A stretch of DNA of 64,000 bases from Armatimonadota bacterium (GCA_037444405.1 JBBIML010000011.1:1-64000); one strand, 5' to 3'; positions 13,112-23,738 are shown, numbered from the stretch's first letter. Translations and numbers: made by a program. Notes: a model not told the origin generated them from the sequence alone.

Positions 13112-14273
13112 CAGACACCTCTTCATCAGGTTCGATGGGCACACTGAACTCGATGCAGGTGCCCCTGCCGGGCGCGCTCTGGACGGTGAACTGCCCGCCG
13201 AGGCTTTCGATGCGCTCCTGCATCGAGCGCAGACCGAACCCCAGCAGCGCTCTGGAGACATCGAAGCCCTCGCCGTCATCTTCGATTCGTCCGACGAGCT
13301 GCTTACCCTGCTGGGCGAGCGTGATTCGCACGGTGCGCACGCCGGTGGCATGCTTGATGATGTTGTTAAGTGCTTCCTGCACCACGCGGGCGATGGTCAG
13401 CGTTCGTGAAGGGCTTAACGCCGGCAGCGGCTGCGGGCATTCGAACTGAAACTCGATATTCAGGCGCTCTGCCACATGGTTGCCCATCTGCTGGATGCGC
13501 TGGCACAGATCGAGGTTCTCGTCCGCGTACAGTTGCTGAATAATCAGGCGGGTCTCGTCCAGCGCCGCTCGCAGCAGTTGGATCTGTTCCTGGATGGGGC
13601 AGGCAGGCTGGCTGGTAGATGAACGAGCCTCATGGCTGACGCGCTCCAGTCCCAGGATTACCTGAACGAGGGTGCTGCCCAGCCCGTCGTGGAACTCGCG
13701 CGCGATGCGTTCCCGCTCGCGACCGAGTTCCACGCGCTCGCGCAGTTCCGCCAGCTCCGCCCTGTATTCTAAGTGGGTGCGATGCACCTGATGAATCAGC
13801 CATGAGAGCAGCCCCAGCGACGCCACCCGATAGCCGAAGTCGATCCATAGTCCTGATGGCAGGGGATAGCACGCCAGCGCGTAGCCCAGCCCCGCCAGCC
13901 CGATCATCACGAACAGCATCGGCGTGGTCATCACCGCGGCTTCGGACACCAGCAGCATAAAGTAGAGCAGCCATACCTCGCTGGCGTACTTACCCGTCAT
14001 CGCCACCGCGACCGAAATGAGCAGGATATCAAAAGTGGCTAACGGGATGGTGAACGAGTACATGATGTGCGGGTCGCGCAAGCCGACCCATGTGCGGGCA
14101 GATGCGGACAGAATCGCCAGCACGGCGAGCGTAATCAGCTGGGCGAGGGTGAGGTCGAGCGTGCCCTGCAGATGGCGCAACACGCCCCATCCAATCGCTG
14201 CCAGCACGACCAGCCAGACGCTGGAGTTGACGCGCTGGAACCGCTGGTATTGACGCCTGAGCTGGGTCGCCAC
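13065..14273 (-). CDS. Membrane sensor histidine kinase (HisKA_3)
   Basis: Multiple TM helices, ERERIAREFHDGLG, QEALNNIIKHA, DDGEGFD, GFGLRSM. Confidence 0.95.
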   Translation of the reverse strand: MATQLRRQYQRFQRVNSSVWLVVLAAIGWGVLRHLQGTLDLTLAQLITLAVLAILSASARTWVGLRDPHIMYSFTIPLATFDILLISVAVAMTGKYASEVWLLYFMLLVSEAAVMTTPMLFVMIGLAGLGYALACYPLPSGLWIDFGYRVASLGLLSWLIHQVHRTHLEYRAELAELRERVELGRERERIAREFHDGLGSTLVQVILGLERVSHEARSSTSQPACPIQEQIQLLRAALDETRLIIQQLYADENLDLCQRIQQMGNHVAERLNIEFQFECPQPLPALSPSRTLTIARVVQEALNNIIKHATGVRTVRITLAQQGKQLVGRIEDDGEGFDVSRALLGFGLRSMQERIESLGGQFTVQSAPGRGTCIEFSVPIEPDEEVSDDGNAREGAPDHRGG

Positions 14274-14279
14274 CGCGCA

Positions 14280-14522
14280 TCACTCCCCTTGTGCAAGGGG
14301 CGCAGGTTGTGGACTGAACCCAGCCTGCCGCAGACGGCTCACAATCGCGCTTTCGTCCACCTGTGCAGGGTCGTATAACACGCGCACACGCTTGCCCTCC
14401 AGGGTGACCGTTACTTGCTGGACGCCTGCCAGCTCATTCAGTGCCCGCTGGATTGCCCGCACGCACCCTTCGCAGCTCATGTCGGGAACCAGCCATTCCT
14501 TCTCCGATTGCTGTACCATCAC
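14280..14522 (-). CDS. copZ: Heavy-metal-associated domain protein (CopZ-like copper chaperone)
   Basis: DMSCEGC metal-binding motif; 80 aa. Confidence 0.85.
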   Translation of the reverse strand: MMVQQSEKEWLVPDMSCEGCVRAIQRALNELAGVQQVTVTLEGKRVRVLYDPAQVDESAIVSRLRQAGFSPQPAPLAQGE

Positions 14523-14608
14523 ACAAACCTCCGTGTCGATTTTACCCGTTTCGGCAAATGTTCGACAGGTGCATGGAGGAGCTTTTTCGCGTAGGGTACA
14601 ATTGTTAT

Positions 14609-14935
14609 GTGATACACGGTGCCGGTCGACATTCGCAAGAGGCGAATCGTCAGAGCGGTCAAGCGGAACCCCACCCTGTTGTTAATGGGGAACAGTTTCG
14701 CGCCTGGCTGGCGGGTATCCGTCAGGCGCAGGCAGTGCTGGAGCGCGAGAGGGCGCACTGGCTGCGCCAGCTGACCCCGCAAGAATCGCTTCGCCTCTAT
14801 CATGCCCTCTGGGAGCGCGCCCATCACCAGTTCGACTACTCCACGCCTTCACCGCTGGTTTCGCGTGTGCGGGCGGTTTTTCGACGCTATCTGGAGGCAC
14901 AGTCGCGTGAACCCGCTGGACACTGCCGCGATTGA
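14609..14935 (+). CDS. Hypothetical protein, possibly the partner of the downstream decayed gene
   Basis: GTG start 6 nt after TACAAT; helical C-terminal half (WLRQLTPQESLRLYHALW). Confidence 0.5.
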   Translation: MIHGAGRHSQEANRQSGQAEPHPVVNGEQFRAWLAGIRQAQAVLERERAHWLRQLTPQESLRLYHALWERAHHQFDYSTPSPLVSRVRAVFRRYLEAQSREPAGHCRD

Positions 14936-15058
14936 CAGGACTATATCCGTTCCTGCCTGCGCCTCTTTGCGCCCTATGTGGAGGAGTTTAATCCTTTAGA
15001 GGTCTTCGAGCGCAATCTGCAGGTGGTGGAGTCCAACCAGAATGAGGACATGTGGTGA
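14907..15058 (+). pseudogene. Internally deleted, frameshifted remnant of a probable nucleotidyltransferase-family gene
   Basis: GGAGG then GTG-AAC-CCG-CTG (MNPLDTAA), then in another frame DYIRSCLRLFAPYVEEFNPLEVFERNL...W*. Confidence 0.45.
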
Positions 15059-15084
15059 GCGGGAACACAGGTACAATAAGCGTG

Positions 15085-16089
15085 ATGGCGAGGCGGATCA
15101 GCCCGTTGCGGCAGGCGGTGCAGCTCATCATGGAGGCGGAGACCTGCCTGGTGGTGTGCCATCTGAACCCGGATGGCGACACACTGGGCAGCGGGCTGGC
15201 GCTTTATCACGGGCTGTGCGCTCTGCGCAAGCACACCGTGCGCCTGCTGTGCCATGACCCTGTGCCAGAGATTTATCGCTTTCTGCCCGGCAGCGAGGTG
15301 GTGGTGACCGAGCCGCAGCCCGTCACGGTGTATGACCTCGCGCTGGTGTGCGACATGAGCCAGTTGAATCGGGCGGGGCGGCACGAGCCGCTGGTGCGCG
15401 CTGCCCGCCACATCCTGCAGATTGACCATCATGTGGCGCAGGAGCCGTTCGCCGATGTGCGCCTGGTGGATGAGAGCGCGGCTGCCACCGCCGAGATTGC
15501 CTATCGGCTGCTGCAGGCGTTGCGCATCCCGCTCACTCCAGAGATTGCGACCTGCCTGCTCACGGGCATCGTGACAGACACCTTCTCCTTCAAATTTCCG
15601 AACACCACGCCGCGCACCCTGCGCATCGCGGCGCATCTGCAAAGCTGTGGCGCGGACATCAGCGAGATCAACGAGCAGGTGTTCGAAACGCGCTCCTTTT
15701 CGGCGGTCAAGCTGCTGGGGCTGGCGCTCGCCACACTCAAGCGAACCGAGGATGGGCGCATCGCGTGGGCGGTCATCCCGCGCAGCGCGTTCGAAGAAGC
15801 GGGCGCCAGCGAGGAGGAGACCGAGGGCATCGTGAACTTCGTGCGCTCCATTCACGGCGTGCAGGTGGCGATGCTGTTGCGCGAAGCGCCCAACCGCAAG
15901 ATTCGGGTGAGCCTGCGCAGTCGGGGCGCGATTAATGTGGCGCAGATTGCCCAGCGGTTCGGCGGTGGCGGGCACGAGAACGCTGCCGGCTGCACGCTGG
16001 AGATGAGCCTGGCTGACGCTGAGCAGGCGCTGCTGCAGGAGGTGCAGAAATGGATGGCGTGCTTAACCTCTGCAAGCCCGTCGGCATGA
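15085..16089 (+). CDS. nrnA: DHH-family phosphoesterase (nanoRNase/pAp phosphatase)
   Basis: HLNPDGDTLGS, IDHH, GIVTDT, SLRS, GGGGHENAAG. Confidence 0.92.
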   Translation: MARRISPLRQAVQLIMEAETCLVVCHLNPDGDTLGSGLALYHGLCALRKHTVRLLCHDPVPEIYRFLPGSEVVVTEPQPVTVYDLALVCDMSQLNRAGRHEPLVRAARHILQIDHHVAQEPFADVRLVDESAAATAEIAYRLLQALRIPLTPEIATCLLTGIVTDTFSFKFPNTTPRTLRIAAHLQSCGADISEINEQVFETRSFSAVKLLGLALATLKRTEDGRIAWAVIPRSAFEEAGASEEETEGIVNFVRSIHGVQVAMLLREAPNRKIRVSLRSRGAINVAQIAQRFGGGGHENAAGCTLEMSLADAEQALLQEVQKWMACLTSASPSA

Positions 16090-16931
16090 CCTCGCACGAT
16101 GTGGTGGAGCGCATTCGCGAAGCGTCCCGCCAGAAAGAGGTGGGGCACACCGGCACGCTCGACCCGATGGCGGACGGCGTGCTGGTTCTCTGCCTCGGAC
16201 GCGCCACCCGCCTCACCCCCGTGCTGCAGCCTCTGACCAAAAAGTATCGGGGCGTCATTCAGTTCGGCATCCGCACCACCACGCAGGACATCGAAGGGCA
16301 GGTGTTCTCGCAGATACCCGCACCGCACCTCACCCTCGAAGCGGTGCAGGGGGTTGCCCGGCGGTTCGTCGGGCGCATCGAGCAGATACCGCCGATGTAT
16401 TCCGCCGTGAAAATCGAGGGCAAACGGCTCTATCAGCTGGCGCGTGAGGGCAAGGAGGTGGAGCGCCCACCCCGCACCGTCACCATCTATCAGCTGGAGA
16501 TTCTCGATTTCGAGCCGGGCGAGTTCCCGACGGCGACTTTTTATTTAGAGTGTTCGGCGGGCACCTATGTACGCACGCTGGCGTCCGATATAGGCGACGC
16601 GCTGGGCACAGGGGCGCACCTGAAACAGCTCACGCGCATCGCAGTGGGGCACTTCACGCTGGAGACGGCACAGCCACTGGAGCGGTTCACCGATGTCGAC
16701 TCGGTGGCGGCGCATCTGATCCCGCCTGCGGACGCCCTGCCGCACCTGCCGCGCTGGAAGCCCTCGCCACCCTATCTGGAGCGACTGCTGAACGGCAACT
16801 TTGTGCAGGCGGAAAACCCGCTGTGGACGCCCGGCGGCTATGTGCTGGTGATGGAGGATGAGCAGCGGATCGCGCTGCTTGCCCGCTGGTTGCCGCCGCT
16901 GCTGCGCCCCGTGCGGGTGATTCGAGCATAG
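16050..16931 (+). CDS. truB: tRNA pseudouridine(55) synthase
   Basis: KPVGMTSHD, GHTGTLDPMADGVL, PPMYSAVK, CSAGTYVRTL. Confidence 0.97.
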   Translation: MDGVLNLCKPVGMTSHDVVERIREASRQKEVGHTGTLDPMADGVLVLCLGRATRLTPVLQPLTKKYRGVIQFGIRTTTQDIEGQVFSQIPAPHLTLEAVQGVARRFVGRIEQIPPMYSAVKIEGKRLYQLAREGKEVERPPRTVTIYQLEILDFEPGEFPTATFYLECSAGTYVRTLASDIGDALGTGAHLKQLTRIAVGHFTLETAQPLERFTDVDSVAAHLIPPADALPHLPRWKPSPPYLERLLNGNFVQAENPLWTPGGYVLVMEDEQRIALLARWLPPLLRPVRVIRA

Positions 16932-16948
16932 CAGGGTATACTTCGCGC

Positions 16949-18193
16949 ATGAGCAGTCTGCAGCGCAAAGCGTTGCTGATTATTGGTGACGGGATGGGCG
17001 ACCGCCCGGTGGCTGAGCTGGGCAATCGCACGCCGCTGGAAGCCGCGCACACGCCCTGCATGGATCGCCTCGCGCGGGAGGGCGAGTGCGGACTGATGGA
17101 CCCGATTGCGCCCGGCATCCGCGCAGGCTCCGACACCGCGCACCTCGCCATTTTAGGCTACGACCCCTACAAAGTCTACACAGGGCGCGGTCCGTTCGAG
17201 GCGCTGGGCATCGGCATGGAGGTGCATGGAGGCGATATTGCCCTGCGCTGCAACTTCAGCACCGTCGATGAGCAGTGGCGCGTGATCGACCGCCGCGCAG
17301 GACGCATCACCCAGGGCACCGATCAGCTCGCGACCGCGCTGAACGGCGTTGAGATCGAGGGTGTGCAGTGCTTTTTCAAGGAGTCGGTGGCGCATCGGGG
17401 TGCGTTGGTGCTGCGCGGCGAGGGACTGAGCGCGCGCATCACCGATGTGGACCCACACGCCGAGGGTGAGTTCGTCGCCGAGTGTCGCCCAATCGACCCC
17501 GATGACCCCGCCGCCCAGCGCACGGCGCGCGTGGTGAACGCCTTCGTGCGCCTCTCCTATGAGCGGCTCAAAGACCATCCCGTCAATCGGGAGCGGATGG
17601 CGCAGGGCTTGCTGCCCGCGAACATCATTTTGCCGCGCGGGGCAGGCGTCGCGCCCCATCTGGAGCCGTTCCCACAACGGCACGGCGTCCGCGCCGTCGC
17701 CGTCGTCGAAACGGGGCTGATCCGCGGCATCGCCCGATTCGTCGGCATCGACACCCTGCACGCGCCCGGCACCACGGGCGGACTCGACTCCGACCTGATG
17801 AGCATGGGGCGCACGCTGCTGCAGGCGCTGCAGGCGTACGATTTTGTGCTGTGCAATGTTAAAGCGCCCGATATCTGCGGGCACGACGGCAACCCCATCC
17901 AGAAGGTGAAGGTGATTGAGCGGATGGACGCGATGCTGGGGCTTATATTAGATTCTGCGGATCGCGACCTCTATATCGCGCTGACCGCTGACCACTCCAC
18001 GCCCTGCTCGGTGCGCGACCATTCGGGCGATCCTGTGCCGCTGCTGATCTGGGGACCCGACCTGCGCGGCGATACGGTGCAACAGTTCCACGAGCGCGCC
18101 TGCATGCAGGGCGGGCTGGGACGCCTGCGCGGGTGCGACCTCGTGCCCATCCTGACCCAGCTGATGGGTGCCCAGCAGAAGTTCGGCGCGTGA
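16949..18193 (+). CDS. apgM: 2,3-bisphosphoglycerate-independent phosphoglycerate mutase (ApgM type)
   Basis: GDGMGDRP, TPLEAA, GSDTAH, GRGPFEALG, DICGHDG, TADHSTP. Confidence 0.93.
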   Translation: MSSLQRKALLIIGDGMGDRPVAELGNRTPLEAAHTPCMDRLAREGECGLMDPIAPGIRAGSDTAHLAILGYDPYKVYTGRGPFEALGIGMEVHGGDIALRCNFSTVDEQWRVIDRRAGRITQGTDQLATALNGVEIEGVQCFFKESVAHRGALVLRGEGLSARITDVDPHAEGEFVAECRPIDPDDPAAQRTARVVNAFVRLSYERLKDHPVNRERMAQGLLPANIILPRGAGVAPHLEPFPQRHGVRAVAVVETGLIRGIARFVGIDTLHAPGTTGGLDSDLMSMGRTLLQALQAYDFVLCNVKAPDICGHDGNPIQKVKVIERMDAMLGLILDSADRDLYIALTADHSTPCSVRDHSGDPVPLLIWGPDLRGDTVQQFHERACMQGGLGRLRGCDLVPILTQLMGAQQKFGA

Positions 18194-18231
18194 CTTCTGG
18201 ACTGCGGAAGCCCTGCTTCCGCACTCAGAAG
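18194..18231. repeat. Palindromic REP-like hairpin
   Basis: TGCGGAAGC-cct-GCTTCCGCA with outer CTTCTG/CAGAAG arms, immediately after the apgM stop. Confidence 0.55.
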
Positions 18232-18301
18232 CAGGAATCGAATCGGCGAGGGCGAAGCCTGTATCTGGAGCAAAAACCAAAACGGAGGAGAGTGATGCAC
18301 T

Positions 18302-19039
18302 ATGCCGACAGTTGCGATAACGCTGGATTGTGAGGCAGCCGATTACCCGCGCTGCTATACCCGTGACTACATCAAAGTGGCTGAAGAGTTCACCATCCCC
18401 ATCACCTGGATGATTCAGGTCTCCGGCAAAGACCCTATGGGCAATGTGCAGCTCTATTATCGGGAGTATCTGCATCGAATCCCGTCGTGGCATGAGTTCG
18501 GCTTGCATTTACATTTTGAGGACAGGGACGGACGCTATGTGGAGGACCCGCGCGAGCGTGGCGAACTCATTCAGATGGGCAAAGATATGCTGAAGCAGGC
18601 ACACCTGAAGCCGACCGCTTTCCGCGCGGGCAGCTACGCGCTCATCCCGCCCGACCTGAAATATCTGGAAGATATGGGCATTCTGGTCGATTCGTCCGCA
18701 GTGCCCGATGCCGACTACAAGATGTTCGTGGACTGGCGCGGTGCGCCCGCACGCCCCTATCACCCCTCTTACGAAGACCTGCGCCGCCCCGGCGAAGCGA
18801 AGATTTTGATGGTGCCGATAGCCACCGCGAACGGCAAGATTGCCTATCTGGATCAGGGCTGGGATGTGGTGCGCCCCATTCTGGAGTATCATCTGGAGGC
18901 GCAGACGCCTGTAATCTGCATCGGCGGCTACGACTATCAGGACAGCACCGAAACACTGCGCGAGACCATTCTGTTCCTCAAAAAGCACAGCGCCCGCTTC
19001 ACCACACTCACCCAGATTGTATCGGAGTATACGCTATGA
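18302..19039 (+). CDS. Polysaccharide deacetylase-like (NodB/CE4-fold) protein
   Basis: ITLDCE, HEFGLHLH, AFRAG, DSSA pattern. Confidence 0.7.
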   Translation: MPTVAITLDCEAADYPRCYTRDYIKVAEEFTIPITWMIQVSGKDPMGNVQLYYREYLHRIPSWHEFGLHLHFEDRDGRYVEDPRERGELIQMGKDMLKQAHLKPTAFRAGSYALIPPDLKYLEDMGILVDSSAVPDADYKMFVDWRGAPARPYHPSYEDLRRPGEAKILMVPIATANGKIAYLDQGWDVVRPILEYHLEAQTPVICIGGYDYQDSTETLRETILFLKKHSARFTTLTQIVSEYTL

Positions 19040-20193
19040 TCGACGCACGCTGGCAACGGTTGGCGGATGTGCTGGTGTTCCATTCGGTGCGGGTTCAGCC
19101 GGGCGAGCGCGTGCTGATCGAAGCGTTCGATATGCCGCCGGAGTTCGTCGCGCTGCTCGCCCGCACCATCGCACAGGCGGGTGGCGTGCCGATTGTTGAG
19201 CTCAAGAGCAGCACGGTGCTGCGCGCGCTCTATCAGAACGCCAGCGAGGAGCAGATTCGCTTCATCGCGGGGTTGGAGCGCGCCCGCATGGAGCAGGTAC
19301 ATGGCTATATCGGCTTGCGCGGCACGCCCAACTTCGCCGAGATGTCCGATGTGCCCGCCGATAAGATGAAAATGGTGCGCCAGCTGTGGTGGACACCTGT
19401 CCATCAGGAGGTGCGCGTGCCCCGAACGAAATGGGTCGTGCTGCGCTGGCCCACCGTCGGCATGGCACAGGCGGCGAACATGAGCACCGAAGCCTTCGAG
19501 GAGTTCTACTTTCGGGTCTGCACGCTGGATTATGCCCGTATGGAGCGGGCGGTTCAGCCGTTGGTGGAGCTGATGGAGCGCACGCGCGAGGTCCACATCA
19601 AGGGACCTGGCACCGACCTGCGTTTCTCCATCGAGGGCATCGGCGTCGTGCCGTGCTTCGGCTTGCGCAACATCCCCGACGGCGAATGCTTCACCTGCCC
19701 CGTGCGCGACTCGGTGGAGGGCGAGATCACCATCAACACCGGCAGTGTGTATGAGGGCAACCTCTACCGCGATATTCGGTTCCGCCTGCGGCAGGGCAGG
19801 ATTGTGGAGGCGACCTGCGCCGATGATGGCGACCGCCCTGGCGCGGGCAACCCGCGCAAGCTGAACGCTATTCTGGACACCGACGAGGGCGCCCGCTACA
19901 TCGGCGAATGGTCGCTCGGCTTCAACCCCCACATCCTCTACCCGATGAACGACACCCTCTTCGATGAGAAGATTGCAGGTTCGTTCCACTTCACACCTGG
20001 CAACGCCTATCAGGAAGCGGACAACGGCAACCGTTCGTCGGTACACTGGGACCTGGTGGTGATCCAGCGTCCCGAATATGGCGGCGGCGAGATCTACTTC
20101 GATGGGCGACTGGTGCGCAAGGATGGGCTGTTCGTGCTACCTGAACTGCAGGGACTGAACCCGCAGGAACTGGCGCGGGCTGAAGGGGAGTAA
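19036..20193 (+). CDS. Aminopeptidase, M29 family (AmpS/AmpT)
   Basis: NIPDGECFT, DEGARYIGE, LFDEKI.GSFH, NRSSVHWD. Confidence 0.93.
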   Translation: MIDARWQRLADVLVFHSVRVQPGERVLIEAFDMPPEFVALLARTIAQAGGVPIVELKSSTVLRALYQNASEEQIRFIAGLERARMEQVHGYIGLRGTPNFAEMSDVPADKMKMVRQLWWTPVHQEVRVPRTKWVVLRWPTVGMAQAANMSTEAFEEFYFRVCTLDYARMERAVQPLVELMERTREVHIKGPGTDLRFSIEGIGVVPCFGLRNIPDGECFTCPVRDSVEGEITINTGSVYEGNLYRDIRFRLRQGRIVEATCADDGDRPGAGNPRKLNAILDTDEGARYIGEWSLGFNPHILYPMNDTLFDEKIAGSFHFTPGNAYQEADNGNRSSVHWDLVVIQRPEYGGGEIYFDGRLVRKDGLFVLPELQGLNPQELARAEGE

Positions 20194-20207
20194 TATCCTT
20201 CAGGCAG

Positions 20208-23200
20208 ATGCAGCGCGCGATTTTTGTTGACCCATCGGGCAGGCGTCGCCGCCGGGTGCAGATGGCGAGCGGGGTGCTGCTTGCGCTGATGGGCGTGCTG
20301 GGCACGGCTTTCGTGCTGAGTTTGCTGCTGCCCGCGCTCATTCCGCAATGGCGGCAGGGCTGGAGCGACCGTTCATTGTTGCCGCGCCCAGTGGCACGCA
20401 GTGTGGCGCTACGGCGTTACCTCTATCGTCGCGCTCGCGCTCAGCTGCTCCGCGCCATTCAGCACGAGCAGCAAGCTATCCAGGTCGAACAGCAGGGCAA
20501 CCAGCAGGGTCAACATGAGGATGGTGACCGCCCTCATCGTTCGTCATCCTCTGCAGCGCCGATTGTGGCAGCCTTCTACGCGCCCTGGCAGGAGGTGGGC
20601 TTGCATACGCTGCGGGCGAACGCCAGCCATCTGACCCATCTGTTCCCGGTGTGGCTGAATCTGACCCCTGACGGTCAACAGCTGGACACGCGCCCCGCAT
20701 CGATCAAGCTGGCGCCCCTCAACCAGCAGGTGCTGGCGATTGCCCACCGCGCCGGCTTGCAGATTCATCCCGTTTTCAGCAACGCGGGCACGAACGGCTT
20801 CGACGCGCAGCGTGCCCATCGACTGCTGCAATCGCCTGCTTCCCAGTGGCGCATCGCTCAATCGCTGTGCCACTGGCTGCTTGCCAATCGTTTTCAGGGC
20901 GTGAATGTGGATTTTGAGTCGTTGTCGCCTGCCGACTACCCGCGCCTGGTGGCATTCGTGCGCCGGCTGCGTCGCGTGCTGGCGCCGGCGCACCTGCAGG
21001 TCAGCGTCGATGTGGAGGCGCAGATGCCCGTTTCTGTTGTGCGTGCGCTGGCAGAAAGCAGCGATTTCATCGTGCTGATGCTCTATGACGAGCATTACCA
21101 GTCAGGCGAGCCAGGTGCCATCGCGTCGATTGGCTGGACAGATCGGTTGCTGCGGCAGGTGCTCACGCAGGTGCCTGCGCAGAAGGTGGTGGCAGGGTTC
21201 GCGAACTATGCCTATGACTGGCAGCGTGGTCGGCGTGACGCCGAAGTGTTGTCCTTCACCCAGGCACTCTCGCGGGCCCGCGACAACCGCCCCGATGAAC
21301 CACCCCAGAAAGTGGTCGACTTCGACCCTGTCGCGCTCAACACCACCTTTGAGTACCTCGATGAAGCGGGACACGAACATGAGGTGTGGCTGCTGGATGC
21401 CATCTCCTTTTACAATCAGTGGCAGGTTGCGCGGCGCTACGGCGTGCGCGGCGTGAGCCTGTGGGTGCTGGGGCTGGAAGACCCCACCGTGTGGAACCTG
21501 CTGGATCGCCAGCACTTGATGACTCCTGACGCCCGCACCCTGCGCGAAATTCATTACCCATTTGACATCGAGTTCGATGGTGAAGGGGAGATATTGCAGC
21601 TGCGCTCTGCACCTGCGAAAGGTGAACGCACGCTGGAGATCGATGCGCGCACGCAGCTCTGCACCGATGTGGTCTATCAGCGCTATCCCTCGCCTTACCT
21701 GATAGAGCGATGGGGTTACCATCCGCACACAGTGGCGCTCACCTTTGATGACGGACCCGACCCGCGCTACACGCCCCTGATCCTGAACTTGCTGCGCCGC
21801 TATCATGTGCCTGCGACCTTCTTCGTGATCGGGCTGAACGCGGAGCGGTATCCTGAGCTGATTCGCCGCATGTGGCAGCAGGGTCACGAAATCGGCAATC
21901 ATACCTTCAGCCATCCGAACATGAGCGCAATATCGGAGTGGCGGGCGGAGCTGGAATTGAACGCGACGCAACGCCTCCTGCAGAGCCTGCTGGGACGCAC
22001 CACGCGCCTGTTCCGACCACCCTACGATGCCGATGCAGAACCCAGCACCGCTGCCGAAGTGCGTCCTATTCTTATCGCCACCCGCATGGGCTATCTCACC
22101 ATCGGCGAACTGATCGACCCCACCGACTGGCAAACGGAATGGGCGGACGGTGCGGGACATCTGCATCGGCGCACCGGGGCGGACATAGCGCAGGATGTGC
22201 TGAACCAGCTTGACAGTCGTCAGGGCAATGTGATCCTGCTGCATGATGGTGGTGGCGACCGTTCGGCAACGGTAGAAGCGCTGCAGATTCTCATTCCCGA
22301 GTTGCAGCGGCGGGGCTATCGGTTTGTGCCTGTGTCGGCGTTGATGGGTGTCTCCCGCGAGCAGGTGATGCCGCCGCTCACGGGTAAGGAGCGCGTGCTG
22401 GCGGGCGCAGATGCCCTCGTGTTCACCCTGATGTTCTGGTGGCAAAATGCGCTGATTGTGCTGCTGTATGTGAGTCTGATTCTGGGTGTGGGGCGGTTGC
22501 TGTGGGTGGTGCCGCTGGCGGTGTGGGAGGCGCGTCGGCGCGTGCTGACGGCGCCTGGTCTGCCCGTCGAGCCGCCTCTCGTAAGCGTGTTGATTGTTGC
22601 CTACAATGAGGAGCCTGTCATCGCCCGCACCATCGAGACCGTACTCCATAGCGATTATCCTGCGCTGGAAGTGGTAGTGGTGGACGACGGTTCGCAGGAT
22701 GGCACGGCGCAGGTTGTTCAGCAACGGTTTGGCGACGACCCGCGCGTCAGGCTAATCTGTCAGCCCAACATGGGTAAAGGTGCCGCGCTCAATCGCGCTC
22801 TTCAGCATGCGCAGGGCGAAATCGTGGTCTGCATCGATGCCGACACGCAGGTTGCCCCCGATGCGATTCGGCGCCTCGTGGCACACTTTGCGGACCCGCA
22901 GGTGGGTGCGGTTGCGGGCAATATTAAGGTGGGCAACCGCCAGAATCTGCTCACGATCTGGCAAGCCATCGAGTATATCACCAGCCAGAACGCGGAGCGG
23001 CGTGCTGGCGCCCTGCTGAACGCGGTGCTGGTGGTGCCGGGCGCGCTGGGCGCGTGGCGGCGTCCAGCAGTGCAAGGTGCAGGTGGCTATGAGACCGACA
23101 CGCTGGCTGAAGATATGGACCTGACCTGGCGGCTGCGCATGGCGGGCTGGCGTATCGAGCATGAGCCGCTGGCACACGCCTATACCGAAGCGCCGACCAC

Positions 23201-23732
23201 GCTCCGCGCCTTCCTGCGCCAGCGGTTCCGATGGAGCTTCGGAACCCTGCAGTGCCTGTGGAAGCATCGGCGGGCACTGGGGCGCTATGCATGGTTCGGC
23301 TGGTGGCTGCTGCCTTCGGTAATCCTGTTTCAGGTGCTGTTTCAGCTGGTGGCACCCTTTATTGACCTTAAGCTGCTCTGGCTGCTGGGCTATGGGTCTA
23401 TTGGCTGGCTGCAAGCGGGGCTGGTACTGCACCACTGGGCGCCGCCAGCGGACTGGATGGCGGCGCTGGGGCGCGTCGGACTGTTCTACAGCCTGTTTTA
23501 CTGCCTGGAATTGCTGATGGCGTGGCTGGCGTTCGGGCTGGATCGGGAGCCGCGCCGCCTGCTGATCTGGCTGTTCTGGCAGCGACTGGCGTATCGATGG
23601 CTGCTGCATCTGGTGATGTGGCGTGCGATTGCCGCTGCCATTGTAGGCACACGCCAGAGCTGGGGCAAACTGCGACGGTACGGCACCGTGACCATCACGC
23701 CCGCGTCCACCCAGAAACCCGCTCTCGATTGA
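20208..23732 (+). CDS. Tri-domain GH18-like hydrolase / polysaccharide deacetylase / processive GT2 synthase
   Basis: GVNVDFE and MLYDEH (GH18); LTFDDGP, NHTFSH, RPPY, LLHDGG (CE4); DDGS, DAD, AED, QRFRW (GT2); TM segments between and after. Confidence 0.93.
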   Translation: MQRAIFVDPSGRRRRRVQMASGVLLALMGVLGTAFVLSLLLPALIPQWRQGWSDRSLLPRPVARSVALRRYLYRRARAQLLRAIQHEQQAIQVEQQGNQQGQHEDGDRPHRSSSSAAPIVAAFYAPWQEVGLHTLRANASHLTHLFPVWLNLTPDGQQLDTRPASIKLAPLNQQVLAIAHRAGLQIHPVFSNAGTNGFDAQRAHRLLQSPASQWRIAQSLCHWLLANRFQGVNVDFESLSPADYPRLVAFVRRLRRVLAPAHLQVSVDVEAQMPVSVVRALAESSDFIVLMLYDEHYQSGEPGAIASIGWTDRLLRQVLTQVPAQKVVAGFANYAYDWQRGRRDAEVLSFTQALSRARDNRPDEPPQKVVDFDPVALNTTFEYLDEAGHEHEVWLLDAISFYNQWQVARRYGVRGVSLWVLGLEDPTVWNLLDRQHLMTPDARTLREIHYPFDIEFDGEGEILQLRSAPAKGERTLEIDARTQLCTDVVYQRYPSPYLIERWGYHPHTVALTFDDGPDPRYTPLILNLLRRYHVPATFFVIGLNAERYPELIRRMWQQGHEIGNHTFSHPNMSAISEWRAELELNATQRLLQSLLGRTTRLFRPPYDADAEPSTAAEVRPILIATRMGYLTIGELIDPTDWQTEWADGAGHLHRRTGADIAQDVLNQLDSRQGNVILLHDGGGDRSATVEALQILIPELQRRGYRFVPVSALMGVSREQVMPPLTGKERVLAGADALVFTLMFWWQNALIVLLYVSLILGVGRLLWVVPLAVWEARRRVLTAPGLPVEPPLVSVLIVAYNEEPVIARTIETVLHSDYPALEVVVVDDGSQDGTAQVVQQRFGDDPRVRLICQPNMGKGAALNRALQHAQGEIVVCIDADTQVAPDAIRRLVAHFADPQVGAVAGNIKVGNRQNLLTIWQAIEYITSQNAERRAGALLNAVLVVPGALGAWRRPAVQGAGGYETDTLAEDMDLTWRLRMAGWRIEHEPLAHAYTEAPTTLRAFLRQRFRWSFGTLQCLWKHRRALGRYAWFGWWLLPSVILFQVLFQLVAPFIDLKLLWLLGYGSIGWLQAGLVLHHWAPPADWMAALGRVGLFYSLFYCLELLMAWLAFGLDREPRRLLIWLFWQRLAYRWLLHLVMWRAIAAAIVGTRQSWGKLRRYGTVTITPASTQKPALD

Positions 23733-23738
23733 AACCGC

